Positions 19,624-27,653 of a stretch of 64,000 nt of DNA are shown here, piece by piece (the stretch's first letter is position 1; each line of letters opens with the position of its first letter). Both the position numbers and the translations under genes were made by a program. Source of the stretch: Acidimicrobiia bacterium (lineage in GTDB: Bacteria; Actinomycetota; Acidimicrobiia; Spongiisociales; UBA11373); NCBI GenBank assembly GCA_040878325.1, contig JBBDMM010000018.1:1-64000 (forward strand). The letters are read 5' to 3'. The notes under the pieces are model-generated. The model was given only the letters and a program-made list of their open reading frames with translations. It did not search any database and was not told the origin of the DNA.

Positions 19624-21066
19624 ATGAGAGCAATCATCGTCGGTGCTCGGGGGGCTACTCGGGACCTGCTCCGGCGGCTCAGTGAACGCTGGAGCGTGAC
19701 GGTGATCGATCTCGATCCGGAACTCCTCGCCCGCGTCCAGGCCGTCCGTGAGGTGGATGTGATCGAGGGCGATGGCTCCAGCCGGGTGGTTCTGGAGAAG
19801 GCGCGCTACACCGACGCCGATGCGCTGGTGGCGGCATCCGGGGACGACGAGGTGAACCTCGAGGTGTGCCAACTCGCCCTCGATGCCGGGTTGATCCGGG
19901 TCGTGGCGATCGCCGCCGATCCCGAACAGATCCCGCGTTACCGGGATCTCGGCGTGCCGGCTTTCTCGCCCGATTCGCTCACCGCCCGCCAGTTGGAGAT
20001 CAGCCTCGAACCCCGGCGGATCTCGTCGACGGCATTTGCGGCCGGCCGCGCCGAGGCGCTCGAGTTCTTCATCGCCGACGACAGCCCCGTTCGGGGAATG
20101 GCATTGCGCGATATCCATTCGGAGTCGTGGCTGGTGGCGGCGATACTGCGAGGTGAGGAGCTGATCGTGCCGCACGGTTCGACCGTCATCCAGACCGGCG
20201 ATCTGGTGACGGTGGTCGGGGCTACCGCCGACTTCAGCCTCATCGTGCGGCGGTTCACTGCGGGCGAGGCGCGGTTCCCGCTCGACTTCGGGAAGGGGGT
20301 GCTGGTCGCCTTCGGGTCGGTCAGCCAAGCATCCCAGGTACTCGCTGAGGCGCTCGAGATAACCCGGAACAGCCCGGCTGAGGAGCTGGTGGTGGCCCAT
20401 CCCGACCTCGGCGCAATCCGCGAAGAATCAGAAGCGGCCGAGGTCGAGGCGATGCTGGATGAGATCAAGGGATCTGCTGCGAGCGTGGACGTTCGCTTCC
20501 ACCCGGTGGCTGGAGATCCATCACAGCGGATCGGGGCGGTGGTACTCGAACAGAGCATCGGTTTGGTGGTCGTGCCCGCACCCTCGTCCTCCATCATCGG
20601 AAGGTTCCGCGCCATACGAATGCTGCGGCGCGCAGCCGATTGGAACCGCCCGGTGTTGTTCGCTCGCGGCACTCACCCATATCAGCGGATCGTCGCCCCC
20701 GCCCGGAATACCCCGTCTGGCGCCGCCGCGGCTCGCGCCGCGATCGACCTTGCGGCCGCGGGAAGGGCTTCGGTCAAGGCGGTGGCCGTGGTGCCTCCCA
20801 CCTTTATCACCGGGAGCGACGGACGTGACGAAGCGGTGAAGGCGCTGGTTCGGATTCGGGAGGATGCCTCGGTTCATGGGGTCGAGGTAGCCCGGCAGCT
20901 GCGGGAGGGCAACCCGGTGAGGGTCATCGAGTCAGAGGTCGACGGCGCCGACCTGTTGGTGCTGGGCGCGTCGGACCGAAGGCCGACGGTGTTGGCGCCG
21001 GGCATCGTCGGGCATCTGGTGTTGCGAGTCGACATCAGCACCCTTGTGGTGCCGAGTCGGCGCTGA
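19624..21066 (+). CDS. TrkA-N/TrkA-C (RCK) protein fused to two USP-like domains
   Basis: IIVGA..., VIDLD, GDG, DDEVNL; VAAILRG..IVPHG.T.I..GD; C-terminal GNP..I....GADLLVLG..G.V..LV....STLVV. Confidence 0.82.
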   Translation: MRAIIVGARGATRDLLRRLSERWSVTVIDLDPELLARVQAVREVDVIEGDGSSRVVLEKARYTDADALVAASGDDEVNLEVCQLALDAGLIRVVAIAADPEQIPRYRDLGVPAFSPDSLTARQLEISLEPRRISSTAFAAGRAEALEFFIADDSPVRGMALRDIHSESWLVAAILRGEELIVPHGSTVIQTGDLVTVVGATADFSLIVRRFTAGEARFPLDFGKGVLVAFGSVSQASQVLAEALEITRNSPAEELVVAHPDLGAIREESEAAEVEAMLDEIKGSAASVDVRFHPVAGDPSQRIGAVVLEQSIGLVVVPAPSSSIIGRFRAIRMLRRAADWNRPVLFARGTHPYQRIVAPARNTPSGAAAARAAIDLAAAGRASVKAVAVVPPTFITGSDGRDEAVKALVRIREDASVHGVEVARQLREGNPVRVIESEVDGADLLVLGASDRRPTVLAPGIVGHLVLRVDISTLVVPSRR

Positions 21067-22334
21067 TGTTCTCCGCGCTGGCGGCCGGGGTGGAGGTGTC
21101 GAGCGGGGGCAGCCCGCATGGCATTGCGACTCCGGTGTCCCTGATCGCCATCGCGGCGGCGGCGTTTCTCATCCCTCTGATAGCGGGGCGGATTCGGGTT
21201 CCCGCCATCGTGCTCGAAATCGGGTTCGGGGTCGTCGTTGGCCCAGTATTCGGGATCATCGCCGCCAGCGAACCGCTGCTCGGCTTTCTGGCCGAGTTTG
21301 GCCTGTTCCTCTTGATGTTCCTCGCCGGGTTCGAAATCGACTTCACCAGACTGGAACGTCAGGGCCCGGCCCAGCTGGTCAGCGGTCTCGCACTGGTGGG
21401 TGCCTTCGTGGCCGCGGCCTTCTTCGGCGCAGGATTTCTCGAGCACGAGTCGCTGGAGCAGCGGCTCTTCGTCACCTTCCTCATCGGAGCGACCGCGCTG
21501 GGCCTCGTGGTGCCGGCGCTGCGCGACACCCGGAGGACCGGAACGAGGGTCGGCCAGATGATCCTGATCACTGCCGTCCTCGGCGAGGTGCTGAGCCTCG
21601 TCGGGATCGTCTTCTTGAGTGTGGTGGTGGAGAAGGGCCTGGGGATCGACCTGCTTTCGATCCCGGCGTTGCTTGCCGTGATGCTCGTCGCTCTGGTCGT
21701 CCTGCGGCGGGCGGCCTGGTGGCACCCGGAGAGATTCGAGCGGCTCTTCCGGTCCGATGACCCTGCGGAGATGGGTACCCGCGCCACGTTGGCGCTCCTG
21801 TTCGTTTTCGTCGGACTGTCGGCCCTCCTGGAGATCGAAGCGATCCTGGGGGCGTTTCTCGCCGGAGCGGTGTTCAAGTTTGTGTTCCGGGAGCCGGGGG
21901 GCCTCGAGGAACAGCTCAACGGCTTCGCCTACGGCTTTTTCATCCCGATCTTCTTCATCAATGTCGGGATCGCATTCCCGCTCGACGAGTTGCGCGATCC
22001 GGCGATTCTCGGCCAGGCGCTCTCGCTCGTGGTGATCGCCTTCGTCGTGAAGCTGGTTCCGTCGATGCTGCTGATGCTGCGACGGTTCTCCGCCCGGGAG
22101 GCGCTGGCTTCGGGGTTCATCCTCGCGGGACAGCTGTCTGTGATCATCGCCCTGGCCGACTTCGGCCTCGACCTCGGGCTGCTGTCTACGGGGCTGAGGG
22201 CGGGGGCGATCATGCTTGTGGCGGTGTCCGCCGTCATCAGTCCGGTGGCCTTTCGCTTCCTGGCCCCTCCAATCGTCCAGACGGGGTCTCAAGCAAGTTT
22301 GCGGAGCCGCTTGCTCGGCGGCCGACGGCCCTGA
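21066..22334 (+). CDS. Cation:proton antiporter (CPA2 family)
   Basis: Multi-TM; GL.FLMFLAGFEID, LGAFLAG, FFIPIFFINVG. Confidence 0.92.
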   Translation: MFSALAAGVEVSSGGSPHGIATPVSLIAIAAAAFLIPLIAGRIRVPAIVLEIGFGVVVGPVFGIIAASEPLLGFLAEFGLFLLMFLAGFEIDFTRLERQGPAQLVSGLALVGAFVAAAFFGAGFLEHESLEQRLFVTFLIGATALGLVVPALRDTRRTGTRVGQMILITAVLGEVLSLVGIVFLSVVVEKGLGIDLLSIPALLAVMLVALVVLRRAAWWHPERFERLFRSDDPAEMGTRATLALLFVFVGLSALLEIEAILGAFLAGAVFKFVFREPGGLEEQLNGFAYGFFIPIFFINVGIAFPLDELRDPAILGQALSLVVIAFVVKLVPSMLLMLRRFSAREALASGFILAGQLSVIIALADFGLDLGLLSTGLRAGAIMLVAVSAVISPVAFRFLAPPIVQTGSQASLRSRLLGGRRP

Positions 22335-22374
22335 CCCGGGTGGGGGTGAAAACCCGTCTGACCCGGAGGGTCCA

Positions 22375-22749
22375 TTAGGCAGCGCAGGTGATCACGACGG
22401 AGAGAAAGTCGTCTGGCTCTATGAGGACCTGCTGAGCAGAGCAGACGGTGCCACCGCGCATCACCGCCGTCAGAAGGTATGCGCCAGGGGGCAGATCAGC
22501 GTGGAACTGGCCCATCGAATCTGCCGGGACCTTCATGAGGGGTTCCGCTCCGGGTAGTCGATAGATTTCGTGCTGATGGCCCTGGCCGGTATAGGTATAG
22601 ATGGCGACGGTGCCAGCCACCGGGCGGTCGAGGAGACCTGCGGGGCCGCCGACCTCGCGAAGGATCCCTTCTACTCCTGAAGGTCCGGCGCTGCCGGTGC
22701 ACGCTGCGCCGAGGACGAGACCGAGAATCAACCCGCCGATGCGAATCAC
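22375..22749 (-). CDS. Hypothetical lipoprotein (prealbumin-like fold possible)
   Basis: Signal with GAAC; GVEG, ADSMGQFHADLPPGAY. Confidence 0.6.
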   Translation of the reverse strand: MIRIGGLILGLVLGAACTGSAGPSGVEGILREVGGPAGLLDRPVAGTVAIYTYTGQGHQHEIYRLPGAEPLMKVPADSMGQFHADLPPGAYLLTAVMRGGTVCSAQQVLIEPDDFLSVVITCAA

Positions 22750-22821
22750 GCCGGGTTAGACGATGGCCGGGAAGCCCTGGTTCCAGGGGGTGTCGGCCCC
22801 GAATGACACCCGTACGCTGGC

Positions 22822-22855
22822 GAGGGTGGGGCGGGCTTTCGCCCGCCCCACCCTC
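22822..22855 (-). terminator. Perfect 15-bp hairpin with GAAA loop on the minus strand
   Basis: GAGGGTGGGGCGGGC TTTC GCCCGCCCCACCCTC, just downstream of the 22873-23343 gene. Confidence 0.75.
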
Positions 22856-22872
22856 ATCGCTTCCCTGACGAT

Positions 22873-23343
22873 CTACAGCGAGTAGTTCACTCGCACTCCG
22901 CCGGGTGTCCAGGTTCCGAAGTACCCGCCGGTGGCCCGGTACCAGCCTCGTCCTTGGAGGAACGCGACACCGGTGCCCTTGGCGAAGATTCGACGGAACC
23001 TGCCTTCGGCTTCGATCGTGAAGTCCGAACCCCTCACGACGATCACGCCCTTGAAGTCCTCGAGGACCACGGTGGTGTCGTCGGAGCGCTCCCAGTGGTG
23101 GCCGAAGGGTCGGATCCGGATGGAAGCGTCACCGGCGTTGTCCACGATGGTGATGTCGCCATTCATCTTGATCTTCACCCAGCCCGCCCCCTCAATGGCG
23201 ACGTTGCCTACGCCGTGGGCGCTGAGCTTGCCGGTGCCGTCGATCGTGACCTCGTCGCTCGTGGTGTCGAGCGCGAAGGCCGCGCCGCTCACCGAGAGCA
23301 CCGAGAGGATCAACGCCACCACGACGATCATTCGCTTACGCAT
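22873..23343 (-). CDS. Secreted beta-rich hypothetical protein
   Basis: RBS AAGGAGG; signal peptide MRKRMIVVVALILSVLSVSGAAFA. Confidence 0.75.
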   Translation of the reverse strand: MRKRMIVVVALILSVLSVSGAAFALDTTSDEVTIDGTGKLSAHGVGNVAIEGAGWVKIKMNGDITIVDNAGDASIRIRPFGHHWERSDDTTVVLEDFKGVIVVRGSDFTIEAEGRFRRIFAKGTGVAFLQGRGWYRATGGYFGTWTPGGVRVNYSL

Positions 23344-23452
23344 GGCTACCTCCTTTTGCTGGTTGCCATCGTCAATGTCGACCGCGCGTGTTCGGGATTC
23401 GTGAAGTGGATGCAAGAAGAGTGCGCTCGACCGTGCCCCGGGGGGTAAACCC

Positions 23453-23553
23453 CCTAAGGGCGTGCGCGGATAGGCTCGCCCCGGGATCAACTCTCGGCTT
23501 GCCGCAAGCCGAGAGTTGATGGGATCCGCGACCTATCCGCGCACGCCCTTAGG
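23453..23553. repeat. ~100-bp long-hairpin element (MITE/REPIN-like), copy 1
   Basis: 22-bp terminal inverted repeat plus 16-bp inner stem; paralog at 49228-49320. Confidence 0.85.
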
Positions 23554-23563
23554 CTCCCGATGA

Positions 23564-24019
23564 ATGCGAGCCGTGGTACAGCGAGTCACTCGAGCATCGG
23601 TCACGGTCGACGGCCTGCCGATCGCCTCGATCGACCGCGGGCTGCTCGTTCTTGTCGGGGTCGGCACCGACGATGGGGACCCGGATGCGGTGGCACTTGC
23701 CGAGAAGGTGGCGACCCTCCGAGTGTTCCCCGACGCAGACGGGAAGATGAACCGGTCGGTGGGAGAGGCGGGAGGTTCGGTGCTGGTGGTGAGTCAGTTC
23801 ACGTTGCTCGCCGACGTCCGTCGCGGCCGCCGGCCATCGTTCGTGGGTGCCGCCGAGCCGGTGATCGCCGAGCAACTGGTCGAGTTGTTCGCATCGACCA
23901 TCGCCGCCGAGGGCATCCCCGTGAGCCTCGGGAGGTTCGGGGCGCACATGGAGGTCGAGCTGGTGAACGACGGCCCGGTGACGATTCCGCTGCAGACCTC
24001 TGCCGGGCGGGTGCTCTAG
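23564..24019 (+). CDS. dtd: D-aminoacyl-tRNA deacylase
   Basis: MRAVVQRV, SQFTL, GRRPSF, NDGPVT. Confidence 0.97.
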   Translation: MRAVVQRVTRASVTVDGLPIASIDRGLLVLVGVGTDDGDPDAVALAEKVATLRVFPDADGKMNRSVGEAGGSVLVVSQFTLLADVRRGRRPSFVGAAEPVIAEQLVELFASTIAAEGIPVSLGRFGAHMEVELVNDGPVTIPLQTSAGRVL

Positions 24020-24594
24020 GTCCCGCGGCCGAGGAGGTCGTCGACGAACTTGGGGAGGGTGAGGACGCCGATCCCGATCGTGAACCACACCAGCGTGTCG
24101 TCAGGGGCAATACCCCACAATGTCGTCCATCCTTCGTTGGCCCACAGAAGGCTGAAGAGGAAGAATGAGAGGATGCCGAGGGCGGCACCTACCGCGGCCC
24201 GGAAGGCCACTGCGCCGAGCGCAATGACCGGCAGCACGACTGCAACCCCCACCGGCCATATCACGAGCGCGGCTCCGCCGGTGACCCCGAGACCTTTCCC
24301 ACCACGGAAGCCGAACCACGGGTTGAGCACCTGCCCGGCCACCGCGGCCACCGCCGCCGCCACGGCGGTCGAGTCACCCCCCTGGGCCAGCCCGAAAATC
24401 GCCGCCCCGGCGCCTTTGAGCAGATCGAGGAGCAGGATCGTCACTGCCGCCGCCCGCCCGACCACGCGGAGGGCGTTGGCGGTCCCTGGATTGCCAGTAC
24501 CGGCCGTCCGCAGGTCGACGCCCCGGAGTCTTCCGACGAGGTCGGCGGTGGGGATGCTGCCGATGAGGTAACCGAGGAGCAGCGCCCAGGTCAT
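24016..24594 (-). CDS. plsY: Glycerol-3-phosphate acyltransferase PlsY
   Basis: GYLIGSIP, GTGNPGTANALR, DLLKG, FRGGKG. Confidence 0.9.
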   Translation of the reverse strand: MTWALLLGYLIGSIPTADLVGRLRGVDLRTAGTGNPGTANALRVVGRAAAVTILLLDLLKGAGAAIFGLAQGGDSTAVAAAVAAVAGQVLNPWFGFRGGKGLGVTGGAALVIWPVGVAVVLPVIALGAVAFRAAVGAALGILSFFLFSLLWANEGWTTLWGIAPDDTLVWFTIGIGVLTLPKFVDDLLGRGT

Positions 24595-27500
24595 GCGTTG
24601 GCCGCCAGCCATGCAGTGCCGGGTTCGCAGAACCGGTTGAAGTCGCAGTTGCGGCATGCCGCCGACGGGGCGGCCGGAAACACGTCGCCCGTGGCCACCC
24701 CGACGAGTTCGGCGAGATGAGTGCGGGCACCCGCGAGCCACTCTCGGTCGACGACCTCCGACTGCTCGACGATGGCGTCACCGCCGAGGTAGGCGAAAGT
24801 CACCCGGGTCTTGTCGGGGGCCCGACCTCCGCTGAACCCCGCTTCCTCGGCGGCGACTGCGTAGGCCTCCAGCTGAACACGGCGCGCCGGATCGTCGCTC
24901 GGCCTACCGGACTTGAAGTCGACGACCTCCCACGACCCGGGCTCATCCTCGTAGACGGCGTCGATACGGCCGGCGACCCTCACCCCTTCGACCAGCAGGT
25001 CGAACGGGGCCTCTACGAGCAGCGGCAGGCGGTCGGCGAAGCGGGAGGCGAGGAACTTGTCGTATGCCGAGGTGACCGGCCCCTCGTATCCGTCGACGGC
25101 GTCGTAGAAGGTCTCGTCGGCCTCGTCGAACGCCACCGTGCCCCGGTTGTGGAGCTCGATCTTTCGGTGGACCTCGACCCCGCGTCGGGCCGCAGGCGTG
25201 GGCTTGCGAGGCAGGCGCTCGACCTCGGTCCAGTAGAAGCGGAGAGGGCAGCCGGCGAGGGTGACCAGGCCGGTGACCGAAGTGCGAAACGGCGGGTCTG
25301 TGGGTGATGTGTCGCCTGGGGTGGGCAAGCCGTCGAGCTTGAGCTGAAGCTGGTCCACTGCCGCATCGTATGCCACGCTCACCCCCGCCTCCTTGGCCAG
25401 ATTGCGCACGGTCGAACGGTCGGTGACCGCGGTGGCCAATGCCGACCGCCAGCCATCGGCGAAGAGCGGATCGGGCTCGGCGGCGCGCTCGGAGTCGAAA
25501 CGCAGGGTGACGGGCGGATCGCCCGGCTCCTCGCAGCGACCGGGAGCCGGATTGGCCAGTTGGTCGATCACCGCAAACAGCTCGCTCCGCTCCTTGGCCG
25601 TCTTCTCGGTGTACCAGAAGGCCCCGGTGGCGATGAGGACGTCCCGGGCTCGGGTCACTGCGACATAGGCGGTGCGCCACTCCTGATCGGAATGCGCCCC
25701 CAGCAACGCCGCCTTGCGTTCGTCGGGATCCTCGCCGAGATGAGGGAGGTCAGAGGCGTCTAGCCGCAACTCGCGCGGCATCACCTCGGGTTTGGAGCGG
25801 GGGTCTTCGTAGCTTCGTATCCCGGACGGGAAGGTGCCCTTGCAGAGCGCGGGGAGGAACACCGCCGGCCACTCCAGGCCTTTGGCCCGATGGACCGTTA
25901 TGAGGACCACCGCATCCTCGGAGCTGATGCGGGCGGTATCGAGTTCGTCGGAGGTGTTTTCGTCTTGGAGCACCTCGAGGTGCTCCAAGAACGCCTGCAG
26001 CGAAGGGGCGCCTTCGAGCGGGCTCCACTCCTCGGCGAGGTCGAGGAACCGGTAGAGGTTGAGGCGGGCTGACAGGCGGGCGGCACCATCGAGGGCATCG
26101 ACCTCGGGCCAGGCGCCGGTACGGTCGAGCACCCGCCGGCTCAGTTCCACCAGGCTCACCCCCTGGGCGATCTCGAGCAGATCCCGGTAGCGGGAACGGA
26201 ACCCTTCCAGGCGGCGGCGGGCTTCGGGGGAGAGGCCATCGACGGACTCGAGGTCGTCGATCGCCTCGAGGATCGCCCAGCCGATCGGCGAATCCTCGTC
26301 GCGGGGCCGCGAGCGGGCGCGTACCCAGGCGGCGAGTGGGGCGAGATCCCCGAGTCCGAGCCGATAGGAGGCGCCGAGCAGCAACCTGATGAGGGCGGGG
26401 GCATCGTCAGGCTTGCCGAGGATCCGTAACCATGCGTGCAGATCGGCCACCTCGGGCACCTCGAGTAGTCCGCCGAGCGACGCCACCTCCACCGGGATAC
26501 CGCGGTGCTCCAGTGCTTCGCGCACCAGACCCATCTGGCGGTGCTTGCGAAACAGCACGGCGATGTCACTCCACGCCAGGCCGCCCTCGTGGAGCCATTC
26601 GGCCTCGGCGGCGATCCAGCGAGCCTCCTCGACCGCCGAGTGGAGCCAGTGGGTGCGCACACTGCCCTCGGGAGCATTCGGGCGCGGATTCAGCCTGTCC
26701 AGCGGGCTGCGCGTGACGATCCGGCCGCGCACCGCGTTGGCGACATCGATGATCGACACGGCCGAGCGCCAGTTGGTGGACAGGTCGAGCGATGGCGACG
26801 GCTCTCCGGATGCCAGCGGGAAGTGTTCGGGGAATCGGTTGAAGTTGGCGGGCGATGCTCCGCGCCATTCGTAGATCGTCTGGTCGGAGTCGCCCACCGC
26901 GGTCACCGGGAAGCCGCCCCCGAAGATTGCCCGCAGCATCTCGCGCTGCCCGGGGTTCGTGTCCTGATACTCATCGAGCAGGACGACGCGGTAGCGGTCG
27001 CGTACCCGGGCGGCCACCTCGGGCACTTCGGTGAGCAGCCGGTGAGCCCGGACCACGAGGTCGGCATAGTCGAGGACGCCGAGGCGGTCCTTGCGCGCTT
27101 GATAATCGGCGATGACCTCGACCAACTCGAGTCGGGGGCCATCGACCGCGGCGTCGCCAGTGAGGTGCTCTCGGACGAGATCGACGGCCGCCAGGTGATC
27201 GCCGATCGAAGACGACAGCGTCACCAACTCGGCGACCCGACTCCCGGGAATCGTCAGGTCGAGGTGGGTTCGTGGCTTTGCCCCGAGGGAGTCGCGCAGC
27301 AGCTGGCGGACATACCCCGGCGTTATCACCTGGACCCCACGGGGCACCCCCACCATCGGGCCGAACTCGCGCAGCAGACCATGGGCGAAGCCGTGGTAGG
27401 TGGCGACCTCCACCTCGCGTCCATGTGCGGCCATTTCCGGTAGGTACTCCCGCAGCCGCGATGCCAGCTCTCCCGCCGCCTTGTGGGTGAAGGTGATCCC

Positions 27501-27653
27501 GAGCGCCTGTTCCGGTTCGAGGCCATTCTCCCGCACCAGGTGGGCGAGACGTAGGGCCATCGTGGTCGTCTTGCCGGTGCCGGCGCCGGCGGTGACCCGG
27601 ACGGGTTCGAGCGGATGCTCGATGATCTTCTGCTGCTCGGCCGTGGGCTTCAT
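24591..27653 (-). CDS. adnB: AdnB-like UvrD helicase with C-terminal PD-(D/E)XK nuclease
   Basis: AGAGTGKT, LDEYQD, VGDSDQTIYEWRGA, TVHRAKGLEW, YVAVTRA, GRIDAVY..VVDFKSG; real start ATG 27653. Confidence 0.88.
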   Translation of the reverse strand: MKPTAEQQKIIEHPLEPVRVTAGAGTGKTTTMALRLAHLVRENGLEPEQALGITFTHKAAGELASRLREYLPEMAAHGREVEVATYHGFAHGLLREFGPMVGVPRGVQVITPGYVRQLLRDSLGAKPRTHLDLTIPGSRVAELVTLSSSIGDHLAAVDLVREHLTGDAAVDGPRLELVEVIADYQARKDRLGVLDYADLVVRAHRLLTEVPEVAARVRDRYRVVLLDEYQDTNPGQREMLRAIFGGGFPVTAVGDSDQTIYEWRGASPANFNRFPEHFPLASGEPSPSLDLSTNWRSAVSIIDVANAVRGRIVTRSPLDRLNPRPNAPEGSVRTHWLHSAVEEARWIAAEAEWLHEGGLAWSDIAVLFRKHRQMGLVREALEHRGIPVEVASLGGLLEVPEVADLHAWLRILGKPDDAPALIRLLLGASYRLGLGDLAPLAAWVRARSRPRDEDSPIGWAILEAIDDLESVDGLSPEARRRLEGFRSRYRDLLEIAQGVSLVELSRRVLDRTGAWPEVDALDGAARLSARLNLYRFLDLAEEWSPLEGAPSLQAFLEHLEVLQDENTSDELDTARISSEDAVVLITVHRAKGLEWPAVFLPALCKGTFPSGIRSYEDPRSKPEVMPRELRLDASDLPHLGEDPDERKAALLGAHSDQEWRTAYVAVTRARDVLIATGAFWYTEKTAKERSELFAVIDQLANPAPGRCEEPGDPPVTLRFDSERAAEPDPLFADGWRSALATAVTDRSTVRNLAKEAGVSVAYDAAVDQLQLKLDGLPTPGDTSPTDPPFRTSVTGLVTLAGCPLRFYWTEVERLPRKPTPAARRGVEVHRKIELHNRGTVAFDEADETFYDAVDGYEGPVTSAYDKFLASRFADRLPLLVEAPFDLLVEGVRVAGRIDAVYEDEPGSWEVVDFKSGRPSDDPARRVQLEAYAVAAEEAGFSGGRAPDKTRVTFAYLGGDAIVEQSEVVDREWLAGARTHLAELVGVATGDVFPAAPSAACRNCDFNRFCEPGTAWLAANA

